A stretch of DNA of 64,000 nt. Source: Escherichia coli. GTDB lineage: Bacteria > Pseudomonadota > Gammaproteobacteria > Enterobacterales > Enterobacteriaceae. Both the position numbers and the translations under genes were made by a program. Positions within the stretch are counted from its first letter, which is position 1, and each line of letters starts with the position of its first letter. Below, one piece after another: positions 31,126 through 42,449 of this stretch. Below the pieces are notes generated by a model. That model was not told the DNA's origin, did no database searches, and was given only the letters and a program-made list of their open reading frames with translations. The DNA lies in NCBI RefSeq assembly GCF_024223415.1, contig NZ_CP100500.1. One strand, 5' to 3'.

Positions 31126-33555
31126 ATGACATTAACAAGACGTGAATTTATTAAACACAGCGGTATTGCCGCTGGAGCGCTGGTGGTGACATCGGCAGCA
31201 CCGCTACCCGCATGGGCAGAAGAGAAGGGCGGTAAAATCCTCACCGCGGGACGTTGGGGAGCGATGAACGTAGAAGTGAAGGACGGCAAGATTGTTTCTT
31301 CGACAGGCGCGCTGGCGAAAACCATACCGAACTCCTTACAGTCTACGGCGGCGGATCAGGTACACACCACGGCGCGTATTCAGCATCCGATGGTGAGAAA
31401 AAGCTATCTCGACAATCCACTGCAACCGGCGAAAGGTCGTGGCGAAGATACCTATGTACAGGTGAGCTGGGAACAGGCATTAAAACTGATTCATGAGCAA
31501 CATGAGCGTATTCGTAAAGCTAACGGACAATCGGCCATTTTTGCCGGATCTTACGGCTGGCGCTCTTCTGGCGTGTTGCATAAAGCGCAAACCTTACTGC
31601 AACGTTATATGAACCTGGCGGGCGGTTATTCCGGGCATAGCGGCGATTATTCAACCGGGGCAGCACAGGTGATCATGCCGCATGTGGTCGGTTCTGTAGA
31701 GGTGTATGAACAGCAGACCTCCTGGCCGCTGATTCTGGAAAACAGCCAGGTTGTGGTGCTGTGGGGAATGAACCCGCTGAATACCTTAAAAATTGCCTGG
31801 AGCAGTACCGATGAGCAAGGGCTGGAATACTTCCATCAGCTGAAAAAATCTGGCAAACCAGTGATTGCCATTGATCCTATCCGCTCCGAAACCATCGAGT
31901 TCTTTGGCGATAATGTCACCTGGATCGCGCCGAATATGGGCACCGACGTGGCACTGATGTTAGGGATTGCGCATACCCTGATGACACAAGGCAAACACGA
32001 TAAAGTGTTCCTTGAAAAATACACCACCGGGTATCCGCAGTTTGAAGAATATCTGACAGGTAAGAGCGATAATACTCCGAAGAGCGCGGCCTGGGCGGCG
32101 GAAATTACTGGCGTACCGGAAGCGCAGATAGTCAAACTCGCTGAACTGATGGCGGCGAATCGCACAATGCTGATGGCAGGCTGGGGAATTCAGCGCCAGC
32201 AATATGGTGAACAGAAACACTGGATGCTGGTGACGCTGGCGGCGATGTTAGGGCAGATTGGTACACCGGGCGGCGGTTTTGGTTTCTCTTATCATTACTC
32301 CAACGGTGGCAACCCGACGCGTGTTGGCGGCGTGCTGCCGGAAATGTCTGCGGCGATTGCCGGACAGGCCAGCGAGGCCGCTGATGATGGCGGAATGACG
32401 GCGATTCCTGTTGCCCGTATCGTCGATGCGCTGGAAAATCCTGGCGGCAAATATCAGCATAACGGTAAAGAACAAACGTATCCGAATATCAAAATGATCT
32501 GGTGGGCGGGTGGTGGTAACTTTACCCATCACCAGGATACTAATCGTCTGATCAAAGCATGGCAGAAACCGGAGATGATCGTCGTTTCTGAATGCTACTG
32601 GACTGCAGCTGCTAAACATGCAGATATCGTATTACCGATCACCACATCGTTTGAGCGCAATGACTTGACGATGACCGGTGATTACAGCAACCAGCATATT
32701 GTGCCGATGAAGCAGGCTGTCGCTCCGCAATTTGAAGCGCGTAACGATTTTGACGTGTTTGCCGATCTTGCTGAATTACTGAAACCTGGCGGAAAAGAGA
32801 TCTATACCGAAGGTAAAGATGAAATGGCGTGGCTGAAATTTTTCTATGATGCCGCTCAGAAAGGTGCCCGTGCGCAACGCGTCACTATGCCAATGTTTAA
32901 TGCCTTCTGGCAGCAAAATAAACTGATCGAAATGCGCCGCAGCGAGAAGAACGAACAGTATGTTCGTTATGGTGATTTCCGCGCCGATCCGGTGAAAAAT
33001 GCGCTGGGTACGCCAAGCGGCAAAATTGAGATTTACTCCAAAACGCTGGAAAAATTTGGCTATAAGGATTGCCCGGCACACCCAACCTGGCTTGCGCCTG
33101 ATGAGTGGAAGGGTACCGCCGACGAGAAGCAGTTGCAGCTTCTGACCGCACATCCGGCACACCGTTTACACAGTCAGCTTAACTATGCGGAACTGCGTAA
33201 AAAATATGCGGTTGCCGATCGTGAACCAATCACTATTCACACCGAAGATGCTGCTCGCTTTGGTATTGCGAATGGTGATCTGGTGCGTGTCTGGAACAAA
33301 CGTGGTCAGATTCTGACAGGTGCGGTGGTGACTGACGGGATCAAAAAAGGCGTGGTATGCGTGCATGAAGGTGCATGGCCAGATCTGGAAAATGGCTTGT
33401 GTAAAAACGGCAGTGCGAACGTGTTAACCGCGGATATCCCCAGCTCGCAGCTGGCAAATGCCTGTGCCGGTAACTCTGCGCTGGTGTATATCGAAAAATA
33501 TACGGGTAACGCACCGAAGTTAACGGCGTTTGATCAGCCAGCTGTTCAGGCGTAA
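31126..33555 (+). CDS. torZ: TMAO/biotin sulfoxide reductase catalytic subunit TorZ (BisZ)
   Basis: ATG at 31126, Tat signal [21 protein letters not shown]..., 809 aa molybdopterin oxidoreductase. Confidence 0.92.
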   Translation: MTLTRREFIKHSGIAAGALVVTSAAPLPAWAEEKGGKILTAGRWGAMNVEVKDGKIVSSTGALAKTIPNSLQSTAADQVHTTARIQHPMVRKSYLDNPLQPAKGRGEDTYVQVSWEQALKLIHEQHERIRKANGQSAIFAGSYGWRSSGVLHKAQTLLQRYMNLAGGYSGHSGDYSTGAAQVIMPHVVGSVEVYEQQTSWPLILENSQVVVLWGMNPLNTLKIAWSSTDEQGLEYFHQLKKSGKPVIAIDPIRSETIEFFGDNVTWIAPNMGTDVALMLGIAHTLMTQGKHDKVFLEKYTTGYPQFEEYLTGKSDNTPKSAAWAAEITGVPEAQIVKLAELMAANRTMLMAGWGIQRQQYGEQKHWMLVTLAAMLGQIGTPGGGFGFSYHYSNGGNPTRVGGVLPEMSAAIAGQASEAADDGGMTAIPVARIVDALENPGGKYQHNGKEQTYPNIKMIWWAGGGNFTHHQDTNRLIKAWQKPEMIVVSECYWTAAAKHADIVLPITTSFERNDLTMTGDYSNQHIVPMKQAVAPQFEARNDFDVFADLAELLKPGGKEIYTEGKDEMAWLKFFYDAAQKGARAQRVTMPMFNAFWQQNKLIEMRRSEKNEQYVRYGDFRADPVKNALGTPSGKIEIYSKTLEKFGYKDCPAHPTWLAPDEWKGTADEKQLQLLTAHPAHRLHSQLNYAELRKKYAVADREPITIHTEDAARFGIANGDLVRVWNKRGQILTGAVVTDGIKKGVVCVHEGAWPDLENGLCKNGSANVLTADIPSSQLANACAGNSALVYIEKYTGNAPKLTAFDQPAVQA

Positions 33556-33589
33556 GACGTGAATAGCGCCCGGAAACGGGCGCAGAGGT

Positions 33590-33715
33590 TATGCAAACGT
33601 AAAGCTGCCTGATGCGCTATGCTTATCAGGCCTACATAGTCCCTGCAATATATTGAATTAGCAAGGTTTTGTAGGCCGGATAAGGCGTTCACGCCGCATC
33701 CGGCAGTAATACCAG
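33590..33715. repeat. REP/BIME cluster between torZ and cmoB
   Basis: Palindromic units gcctgatgcgctatgcttatcaggcctaca and tgtaggccggataaggcgttcacgccgcatccggca. Confidence 0.6.
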
Positions 33716-33719
33716 ACCT

Positions 33720-35867
<2,148 letters not shown>

Positions 35868-35919
35868 ACAAACTCCCTTTAAAATGGCCGATGGCACCTG
35901 TCTATGATAGGTGGCAAAT

Positions 35920-36678
35920 TCAGAAAAGAGAAGATTGCTGTGGAATAGCCGGAACTGCTCCGATCTCTGGAAGCGTTTTACGTAAGTCTTCCCACAGGGT
36001 ATGTACCAGTTCCGGTGCCTGGGCAATGTCTGGCGTATGTAAAAAAAGATAAGGCGTAGTGGTCTGATGCCACTGCGCTAATTTCTGTAACCAGACCTGA
36101 AATAATTCCCGGTTTTGCGTCATATCATCACTACCGATAAAACGGATCAGCGGATTTGTCGCCGTCAGTACAGCATGTACCGGAACTTTAGGTTTTTTTC
36201 GTTGAGCGTCGCGAATAGCTTCACTGTGTGGACGTGCTGCATGAACCGGGCGGCTGTCTAAAATCACCCGATTAACGCCGCGCTGATGTAAACCGCGATT
36301 AAGCGTTTGTTCCTCTTCCCCTTTGGCGAAAAACTGTGGATGGCGGACTTCCACACCATAATTAAATTCGCCAGGGAGAGAATCGAGAAAATGCCAAAGC
36401 GCAGGCAGCTCCCGTGGGCCGAATGTGGCAGGCAGTTGCAGCCAGTATTGCCCAATGCGCGGAGCCAACGGTGACATGCGGGTCAAAAATTCAGTCACTA
36501 AATCATCGCAATGTCGTAATGCTGCCTGATGCGAAATGGTCGCCGGAAACTTAAAACAGAAGCGGAAGTCATCTGTGGTCTGTTCACGCCAGCGCAGGAC
36601 AACCTCGGGTTTCGGCAGGGCGTAAAGCGTGGTGTTGCCCTCCACGCAGTTAACATGACGGGTATTGAAGGCTAACAC
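35920..36678 (-). CDS. yecE: YecE (DUF72) with 5' end altered by prophage insertion
   Basis: Matches YecE from ...NCVEGNTTLYALPKPEVVLRWREQ onward; N-terminus begins at a GTG overlapping the integrase stop; a decayed, stop-interrupted partial copy of the yecE 5' sequence lies upstream. Confidence 0.7.
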   Translation of the reverse strand: MLAFNTRHVNCVEGNTTLYALPKPEVVLRWREQTTDDFRFCFKFPATISHQAALRHCDDLVTEFLTRMSPLAPRIGQYWLQLPATFGPRELPALWHFLDSLPGEFNYGVEVRHPQFFAKGEEEQTLNRGLHQRGVNRVILDSRPVHAARPHSEAIRDAQRKKPKVPVHAVLTATNPLIRFIGSDDMTQNRELFQVWLQKLAQWHQTTTPYLFLHTPDIAQAPELVHTLWEDLRKTLPEIGAVPAIPQQSSLF

Positions 36679-37985
36679 ACTGATTTTAATAAGTTTCTTG
36701 TGTCACTTTGGTGACCATGGGACATCATTGGGACATAATCTGCCAGCTTCTGATTCAGCATTGCGATCTGTTCTGCATTACTGTCAGTCATCCATGCTCC
36801 GTATACATTGAACACCATCTGGGCACTTGCATGGCCCATCTGGCTGGCAATGAAGCTTGGGTTTGCTCCGGCAGATAATGACCAGCACGCATAAGTGTGT
36901 CGTGACTGGTATGCTTTCCGGTGCCTGATGCCCGCACGCTTAATGGCTGTTTCCCATGAGTCGCCAATAGAATCTACCTTGTAGATAAAACCGACCTGTT
37001 TGCTTTTTCTAACCACCTGGGGGTTAAATACGAAAGTACATTCATGGTTCACTGTACGTCCATATTCACGTAGTTGAACCTTGATGTGGTGCTGCTTACC
37101 CAGTCTTGTCATTTCAGCCTGATTTTTCAGGACACTGATAGCGGGCTGGATAAGATGCACAACCCTGTTTGTACTTGCTTCAGTTTTAGGTAGAGTGAAC
37201 TCACCGAGTTTCGTATAATTGCGCCTGATAGTAATTGTTCCTGCTTTCAGATCGATATCTTCCCAGGCCAGGGAGACCAGTTCACCATGACGCATTCCTG
37301 TGTACACAGCCAATGACCACAGGTTTTTCGTCTGCTGATGTCGGCAAGCATCTATCAGGCGAATAAATTCGTCACGAGTTAGCGGATCTGGCTCTGCCCT
37401 GGCTCTTTTAAGAGGCTTAATTCCCTGGAAGGGATTTGCTTCTAAGTAACCGTGATCTGCAGCAAACTGAAACATTCCAGCGATTGTCGTCATGTAATAA
37501 TTTACAGTAACGACGCTCCGTCCTTTTGCTGCTGCTTTGTTTTTCGTTGAATTCTGGTACCCGGTCAGCAAATCTTTCCTGATATACAGCAATTCCTCTT
37601 TAGTTACCGATGACACCAGTCTGCTGCCTCCAATTTTCGGAACCATCGTTCTTGCAACGGATTCATAGCGATTGAATGCATTTGCAGAGATCTCCATTCG
37701 TTTCAGATCCAGCCACTTTTCTTCAAGTTCCTTCACCGTAATTTCTTTTTTACTTACCCCAAAAGCCTGAAGGTTAGGGGAGTCAGGGAACTGTGCAGCA
37801 TAATCAAAGCTTCCTGTGCGGATGGCAAAACATACCGATGTCCGCAGTTCCCCGGCGATCTTCCTGTTCTTGGCAGTGTCAGGGACACCAAGATTTTCCC
37901 TGACACGTTTACCTTTAAAATTAAACCAGATGCGTAATGTGCCGCCGTGGTTTTCGACGCCTGTTGGATATTTGACTTTATCCAT
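36672..37985 (-). CDS. Phage tyrosine integrase
   Basis: 437 aa with tyrosine-recombinase C-terminal region (HASAQMVFNVYGAWM); stop adjoins yecE junction. Confidence 0.9.
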   Translation of the reverse strand: MDKVKYPTGVENHGGTLRIWFNFKGKRVRENLGVPDTAKNRKIAGELRTSVCFAIRTGSFDYAAQFPDSPNLQAFGVSKKEITVKELEEKWLDLKRMEISANAFNRYESVARTMVPKIGGSRLVSSVTKEELLYIRKDLLTGYQNSTKNKAAAKGRSVVTVNYYMTTIAGMFQFAADHGYLEANPFQGIKPLKRARAEPDPLTRDEFIRLIDACRHQQTKNLWSLAVYTGMRHGELVSLAWEDIDLKAGTITIRRNYTKLGEFTLPKTEASTNRVVHLIQPAISVLKNQAEMTRLGKQHHIKVQLREYGRTVNHECTFVFNPQVVRKSKQVGFIYKVDSIGDSWETAIKRAGIRHRKAYQSRHTYACWSLSAGANPSFIASQMGHASAQMVFNVYGAWMTDSNAEQIAMLNQKLADYVPMMSHGHQSDTRNLLKSVC

Positions 37986-38040
37986 TGATACCTCCAGACG
38001 CCCAAGAGCGATACGAGCTTACATACTTCATGGCATTAAA

Positions 38041-38277
38041 TCACCCAGGTTGTTTGTTTTTCATTGAAGCGACCCAGGCATCTATTGCTTTTCTGTTATA
38101 CATACATTCACTGGAAGGCTTTGGATTACCGTCTGGTGATACGTGAATATACTCTCTTCCAACCATCCAGCATTCTTTCCGGGCCCGAAGAATTGTGCCT
38201 GGTTTGAGCCCGGTAATTGCGATTAGAACGCTTTCACAAACCCATTCATTGGGAGCCAGTTGAATCACATTGCCCAT
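38041..38277 (-). CDS. Putative excisionase
   Basis: 78-aa ORF immediately upstream of int on the same strand. Confidence 0.55.
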   Translation of the reverse strand: MGNVIQLAPNEWVCESVLIAITGLKPGTILRARKECWMVGREYIHVSPDGNPKPSSECMYNRKAIDAWVASMKNKQPG

Positions 38278-38285
38278 GCATTACC

Positions 38286-38432
38286 TCACACAACACTCAG
38301 CCCACGGCAGTGGCACCACACTTCAAACATTCGTTTCACAATTTCACGACAGTAGAAACCGTCAACATCTCGTGTCAGGTCATAGCGATTGCCGTAACGC
38401 TGGTGGACCCATTGTTCAAATGCTTTATTCAT
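38286..38432 (-). CDS. Hypothetical small phage protein (48 aa)
   Basis: Hand-translated: MNKAFEQWVHQRYGNRYDLTRDVDGFYCREIVKRMFEVWCHCRGLSVV; below ORF-track cutoff. Confidence 0.35.
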   Translation of the reverse strand: MNKAFEQWVHQRYGNRYDLTRDVDGFYCREIVKRMFEVWCHCRGLSVV

Positions 38433-38435
38433 TCT

Positions 38436-38678
38436 TTACTTCCTTTTCATGGCCCGTAATTTTTTCAGATGAGTTTCCTGTTCTGTTTCTGCCAGAATTT
38501 GTCGGTATTCCTGATGATCGAGCCGTTCAAACGTTTCATTAAAATCGTTTATTTTTACCGACTGTGTTCGCCCATCCATTCTTCTGTACAACACGGTGTT
38601 ATTTATGCAGCGAATAATTTTTACCGGGTAACCGGCACTGTCGGTATACAGTTGTCCCTGATTAATCAAAGCGAACAT
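38436..38678 (-). CDS. Hypothetical phage protein (about 80 aa from internal ATG)
   Basis: MFALINQGQLYTDSAGYPVKIIRCINN...; start uncertain (track ORF extends to 38801). Confidence 0.4.
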   Translation of the reverse strand: MFALINQGQLYTDSAGYPVKIIRCINNTVLYRRMDGRTQSVKINDFNETFERLDHQEYRQILAETEQETHLKKLRAMKRK

Positions 38679-38709
38679 TTTTTCTCCTGCTCTCTGAATA
38701 GTGAGAACT

Positions 38710-39075
38710 TCAGAGTCGTATGTTTGTAGCGGGTTCAATGCTGATGATTTCTGCTGAGATAAGCATCCCGGCCAGCCAGAGCTCTCCGGACAGGTTTTCA
38801 TCCTTGCATTCCAGTCCGCCGATATTAATGGTGGCTATGATATCGCGCTTATCCTCGACTTCTTCATAAGGCAGCGTTGCGTACAGGCTTTCAATAGCGC
38901 AACTGATAACATCCAGTCCGGTCAGATTGCCGCCGACAGTGACTTCGAATGTTTCGCGGTATTCCCATAGCCCGAAAGTTAATCGAACGGTTTGTTTTGC
39001 CATGCGCCCGCATGACGTCAGATTCGGGTCATAGTTCATTATTTGCGGTTGAGTATTCTGGGCGTTCATCTGCAT
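38710..39075 (-). CDS. Hypothetical phage protein (121 aa)
   Basis: MQMNAQNTQPQIMNYDPNLTSCGRMAKQTVRLTFGLWEY...; follows SPFH gene in the same operon. Confidence 0.45.
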   Translation of the reverse strand: MQMNAQNTQPQIMNYDPNLTSCGRMAKQTVRLTFGLWEYRETFEVTVGGNLTGLDVISCAIESLYATLPYEEVEDKRDIIATINIGGLECKDENLSGELWLAGMLISAEIISIEPATNIRL

Positions 39076-39109
39076 TTCCCTTAGCCCGGCGGCCTGCCGG
39101 GCGTATAAG

Positions 39110-39937
39110 TTATTTAACCTGGATAAATGGTGTATTAGCACCGCTGGTCATGTATTGCGGCAGTGTGCCGTTCCATTTATTGATGGCTTCCAGCTCCATA
39201 ACGCCGGGGTTCTGACGCAGAGCTTCACCGCGTAAACGAATAGCATCAGCTTCGGCCTGGGCTTTTGTGCGAATCGCATCAGCCTGTCCGGCAGCTTCTG
39301 CGCGCAACATATTGGCTTCCGCTTCGCGCTGTTTTACTTCCTGCTCGCGCTGCAGTGTTTTCTGGTTCGCCGTGACTTTGGCATTAATGCTGTCGATAAC
39401 TGTTGGCGGGTACTCCGGCTTACCCACATATGAGAGGCTCATTACCTGAATACCGATAGGTGTCATCTCTGCCTGAATGTCTTTAAGAGCTTCATCCAGC
39501 AGCTCAGACTTGCCGCCGTCGATAAATTTGTCAGTGGTCATTTTGCTGGCCAGTCGGTTGAGTGCGTCGGCGATCTTCTGGCGCAGGTCAGTGTCGGTAA
39601 TGTCATCCACGCCTTTGCGGTAGGTCTGAAACACCGTGGTAACTTTGGATGGATCAACTTTGTAGGCCACGCCAATGTGATAGCCGATGGTTGTACCGTC
39701 ACTCATCTGGAAACTGAACGGTTCATCGTAGGTCTTCATTTGTTTGAAGGTGGGGAAGATATAAACTTCAGTATTCCAGCCAGTCCAGTAGCGACCAACA
39801 CCGACCACCTCACCGACGCCTTTGTCGTCGCCCAGTTTATTTACCTTGATGCCAACATTACCTGGTTCAACGCGATCGCAACCGACAAGGCCAATAGTCG
39901 GCAGAACAATGGCTAAAGCAAAAATAATTTTTTTCAT
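39110..39937 (-). CDS. SPFH/band-7 (HflK/C, stomatin, prohibitin-like) domain lipoprotein
   Basis: 275 aa; signal peptide with lipobox LVGC; SPFH-type core followed by a long Ala/Glu/Arg/Gln-rich segment of the kind seen in flotillin-like proteins. Confidence 0.7.
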   Translation of the reverse strand: MKKIIFALAIVLPTIGLVGCDRVEPGNVGIKVNKLGDDKGVGEVVGVGRYWTGWNTEVYIFPTFKQMKTYDEPFSFQMSDGTTIGYHIGVAYKVDPSKVTTVFQTYRKGVDDITDTDLRQKIADALNRLASKMTTDKFIDGGKSELLDEALKDIQAEMTPIGIQVMSLSYVGKPEYPPTVIDSINAKVTANQKTLQREQEVKQREAEANMLRAEAAGQADAIRTKAQAEADAIRLRGEALRQNPGVMELEAINKWNGTLPQYMTSGANTPFIQVK

Positions 39938-40122
39938 CTTTTATCCTTAGTGAAAGAAAGACCCTTGTAAATGGCATAAATGCAGGGCGGGGTCAGAAAC
40001 GCCAGTGCAAAGCCAGAAATAACTGCTATCGTATCCTTCATGGATATAAGGAACGGAACGAGTAATCCGTAAATGCATGCGATAATTGCCAGTAAAATTA
40101 CTATTGTGAAATACAGTCTCAT
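39934..40122 (-). CDS. Small two-TM membrane protein translationally coupled to SPFH gene
   Basis: 62 aa, two hydrophobic helices; stop overlaps SPFH start codon in an ATGA arrangement. Confidence 0.5.
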   Translation of the reverse strand: MRLYFTIVILLAIIACIYGLLVPFLISMKDTIAVISGFALAFLTPPCIYAIYKGLSFTKDKR

Positions 40123-40298
40123 TGGTCTGTGGTATCCCGATATTTTTAACCGACTGACAGCGCAATAAAGAGAATAATGATTTCTGTTAGTGTCAGCACT
40201 GTGGCAAGGATTAAAATCAGTTTTACTCTGTTTAATTCACGGTTGCTTTTCATATAAACGGTTAGTAAAAAACGGAAGAATTATTTTCTTCTTAATAT

Positions 40299-40880
40299 TT
40301 AATGTGTCACTGGCGCTTCTGGCATACCATGAGTATTCAGGTCGTGAATCATTTCATCCAGAAGGAGTTCAAGCCCTTCGCGCCCCATAGCAGAGAGAAT
40401 GAAACCATTATCAGGATCTGCGATGAGCATTTTTTGATAGAGAAACAGAACTCGCCCCATGCCTTCAGTTTCGCCATATTTTTCAATAAATCCCCATTCG
40501 ACATGGTTTTGCAGGGCAATGCGAAGTGGTCCTGGGTATATACTTATGCAACCATGTTTCCCCTTGTAAATAACTGCGCGATCTGTCGTCCCGTTATCGT
40601 TAGGGATATCAATAGTGCCGTTCTTGTCTTCCTCTTCACTGATAAACTTCATCACATACAGCCAGCGCCACTGAGCAACCTTCAGATCGACTGAAAATCT
40701 TCCCAGCAATCCGGCATCATCAGCTTCGGCAAGACATTGCATGATTCTTAAACCGTGCCAGTATGGATTATCGAATTCGCCATCATTAAGCCGCTGTACG
40801 GCCTGAATATAATCAATGGTTGTATTACCAATTTTTATGCCATGTGGCGTTACTTCTGGTCGGAACTCTGAATGATTCAT
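40299..40880 (-). CDS. Hypothetical phage protein (about 193 aa from ATG at 40880)
   Basis: MNHSEFRPEVTPHGIKIGNTTIDYIQ...; no recognisable motif; ATGA overlap with upstream 67-aa ORF. Confidence 0.5.
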   Translation of the reverse strand: MNHSEFRPEVTPHGIKIGNTTIDYIQAVQRLNDGEFDNPYWHGLRIMQCLAEADDAGLLGRFSVDLKVAQWRWLYVMKFISEEEDKNGTIDIPNDNGTTDRAVIYKGKHGCISIYPGPLRIALQNHVEWGFIEKYGETEGMGRVLFLYQKMLIADPDNGFILSAMGREGLELLLDEMIHDLNTHGMPEAPVTH

Positions 40881-41080
40881 AATATTTGCTCCTTTGCTGG
40901 TGGAATAATCGTGTAGCCAGCTCTTTTTGCCATCCACAGAAATGTATCCATGCAGCCAACGAATTCATTATCCAGCAGATGTTTTGAGTAAATTACTTCA
41001 CCATTTTCAATGGTTAGCAACACTCTTACTTTTTTATGTGTTATGTTTTGTTGTTTTTCTTCCATTGACTTATCTCCCAT
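40877..41080 (-). CDS. Hypothetical small protein (67 aa) coupled to downstream gene
   Basis: MGDKSMEEKQQNITHKKVRVLLTIENGEVIY...; 4-nt overlap with next gene. Confidence 0.45.
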   Translation of the reverse strand: MGDKSMEEKQQNITHKKVRVLLTIENGEVIYSKHLLDNEFVGCMDTFLWMAKRAGYTIIPPAKEQIL

Positions 41081-41261
41081 ATGCTTTGCGCAAATACAGG
41101 TTGGCTATATGAAGATAAGAATCTCCATGTTGTGCAATGAGGCAGGCAGTTTTATACGATGCCTTATGTTTCAGGAAAGTCATAACATAATCTCCTGCGA
41201 ATAAAGGTTGCAACAATCCCCGGCGATAAAACCGTAATAAACATTCAGGGAATATTTATTG

Positions 41262-41627
41262 TTATTGCGCTAATTCTTTTTCGGCAGCAGATTTTGCATA
41301 TTCACATGCAAAATTCAGAATTTCGCTGCCAAGTGTTTTTGTTTCGTGATTACTGGACATATGTAATACCTGTGTTGCATGCAATAAATGATAAACATTT
41401 ACCGCAAATGAGTCCGGCTCCAGACAAATGCCTTCATAATCATCTTGTTGTGAGGTTGTTTCTGTCATTGCTCCTGAAGTGCATGCGAGCCTGTTTTTGA
41501 CAATTCTCTTTCCTCTAATCACTATATCGGCAACATCTATTGCCTTTACAACCTCCGGGAGAAGTTCCGGGTTTGTATAATCAAAGTCATCAACATGGAG
41601 AACAGTTATGTTTTCGAACTTTTTCAT
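41262..41627 (-). CDS. Hypothetical acidic phage protein (121 aa)
   Basis: MKKFENITVLHVDDFDYTNPELLPEVV...; second gene downstream of cI. Confidence 0.5.
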   Translation of the reverse strand: MKKFENITVLHVDDFDYTNPELLPEVVKAIDVADIVIRGKRIVKNRLACTSGAMTETTSQQDDYEGICLEPDSFAVNVYHLLHATQVLHMSSNHETKTLGSEILNFACEYAKSAAEKELAQ

Positions 41628-41755
41628 GGCTTCCTCAGCTGACTTATATGTTCTGCTATATAGCGAGTCTCAGAAGTGTTTTCATATTGAGACTGTTTCC
41701 GCAATGATTGATAAAAATGTTCGCATGTACCTTGAGGGGCGAAGCGGCGATTATG

Positions 41756-42304
41756 TCACCATTGGTATTGGTTCTTCCGTAGAAGAGCTTCGCGAGATAA
41801 GGAGCAAACTTGTTGAGATGCGTCATGGTGTTGCTGCTCCTCACTTTTTGGTTGCTCCGGAGGAGTAACCTCGCCAGTTAACAGCCACATCGGATCGCAG
41901 CCAAGAATATTTGCCAGTGGGGTAAGCATACTGATAGTTGGTTCATACTCTCCGCTCTCCCACTGGATGATGATTTCTTCATCGAGATCGAGCAGCCTGG
42001 CGAGTTCGGCGGTTGTTAAGCCGCAGGCTTCGCGTTGGGTGCGAAGGTTAACCAGCCAGCTTTTAGGGAAGGATTGTTTTTGTTGTGCAGGAGAAGCCGT
42101 AGATAGAGCATATTCATGGATAAATTCCATTACCTCAATGCCCAGTTCCTTTGAGCGAGCACAATCCAGAAGATGGAATGTGCGTACAGCACTTAGCAAA
42201 TTTGCAATATTTAATGCAAAGGAATCAAGTTCTAAGCCTTCAAGCGTAACACAGCCGCAGTTGATAAAATTAGTTGTTTCTGGAGTTGCTTTTAGTGTCT
42301 TCAT
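41756..42304 (-). CDS. Protein with unknown N-terminal domain and C-terminal XRE-type HTH
   Basis: HTH-like segment LRTQREACGLTTAELARLLDLDEEIIIQWESGEYEPTISMLTPLANILG in C-terminal half; first gene downstream of cI. Confidence 0.55.
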   Translation of the reverse strand: MKTLKATPETTNFINCGCVTLEGLELDSFALNIANLLSAVRTFHLLDCARSKELGIEVMEFIHEYALSTASPAQQKQSFPKSWLVNLRTQREACGLTTAELARLLDLDEEIIIQWESGEYEPTISMLTPLANILGCDPMWLLTGEVTPPEQPKSEEQQHHDASQQVCSLSREALLRKNQYQW

Positions 42305-42449
42305 ATACCCACCAACAATTTTAAATTGAATTTAATCAAGTTATAATTGATGGTGCGATATTATGCTTTGAGAAATAGGCTGTCAAGAAAAAATTGATAC
42401 CGTGTGTTTTAGGCAGAAAAAAACGGGCAAAGCCCGTTAAAATCAAAGA

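Noticed and set aside
38217-38542. Plus-strand ORFs of 80 and 90 aa near xis
   Set aside because: Antisense to small minus-strand genes co-oriented with xis and int; no independent support.
41608-41868. 86-aa plus-strand ORF within the leftward accessory operon
   Set aside because: Runs opposite to a uniformly minus-strand operon and overlaps the C-terminus of the HTH protein; more likely a chance ORF in AT-rich DNA.
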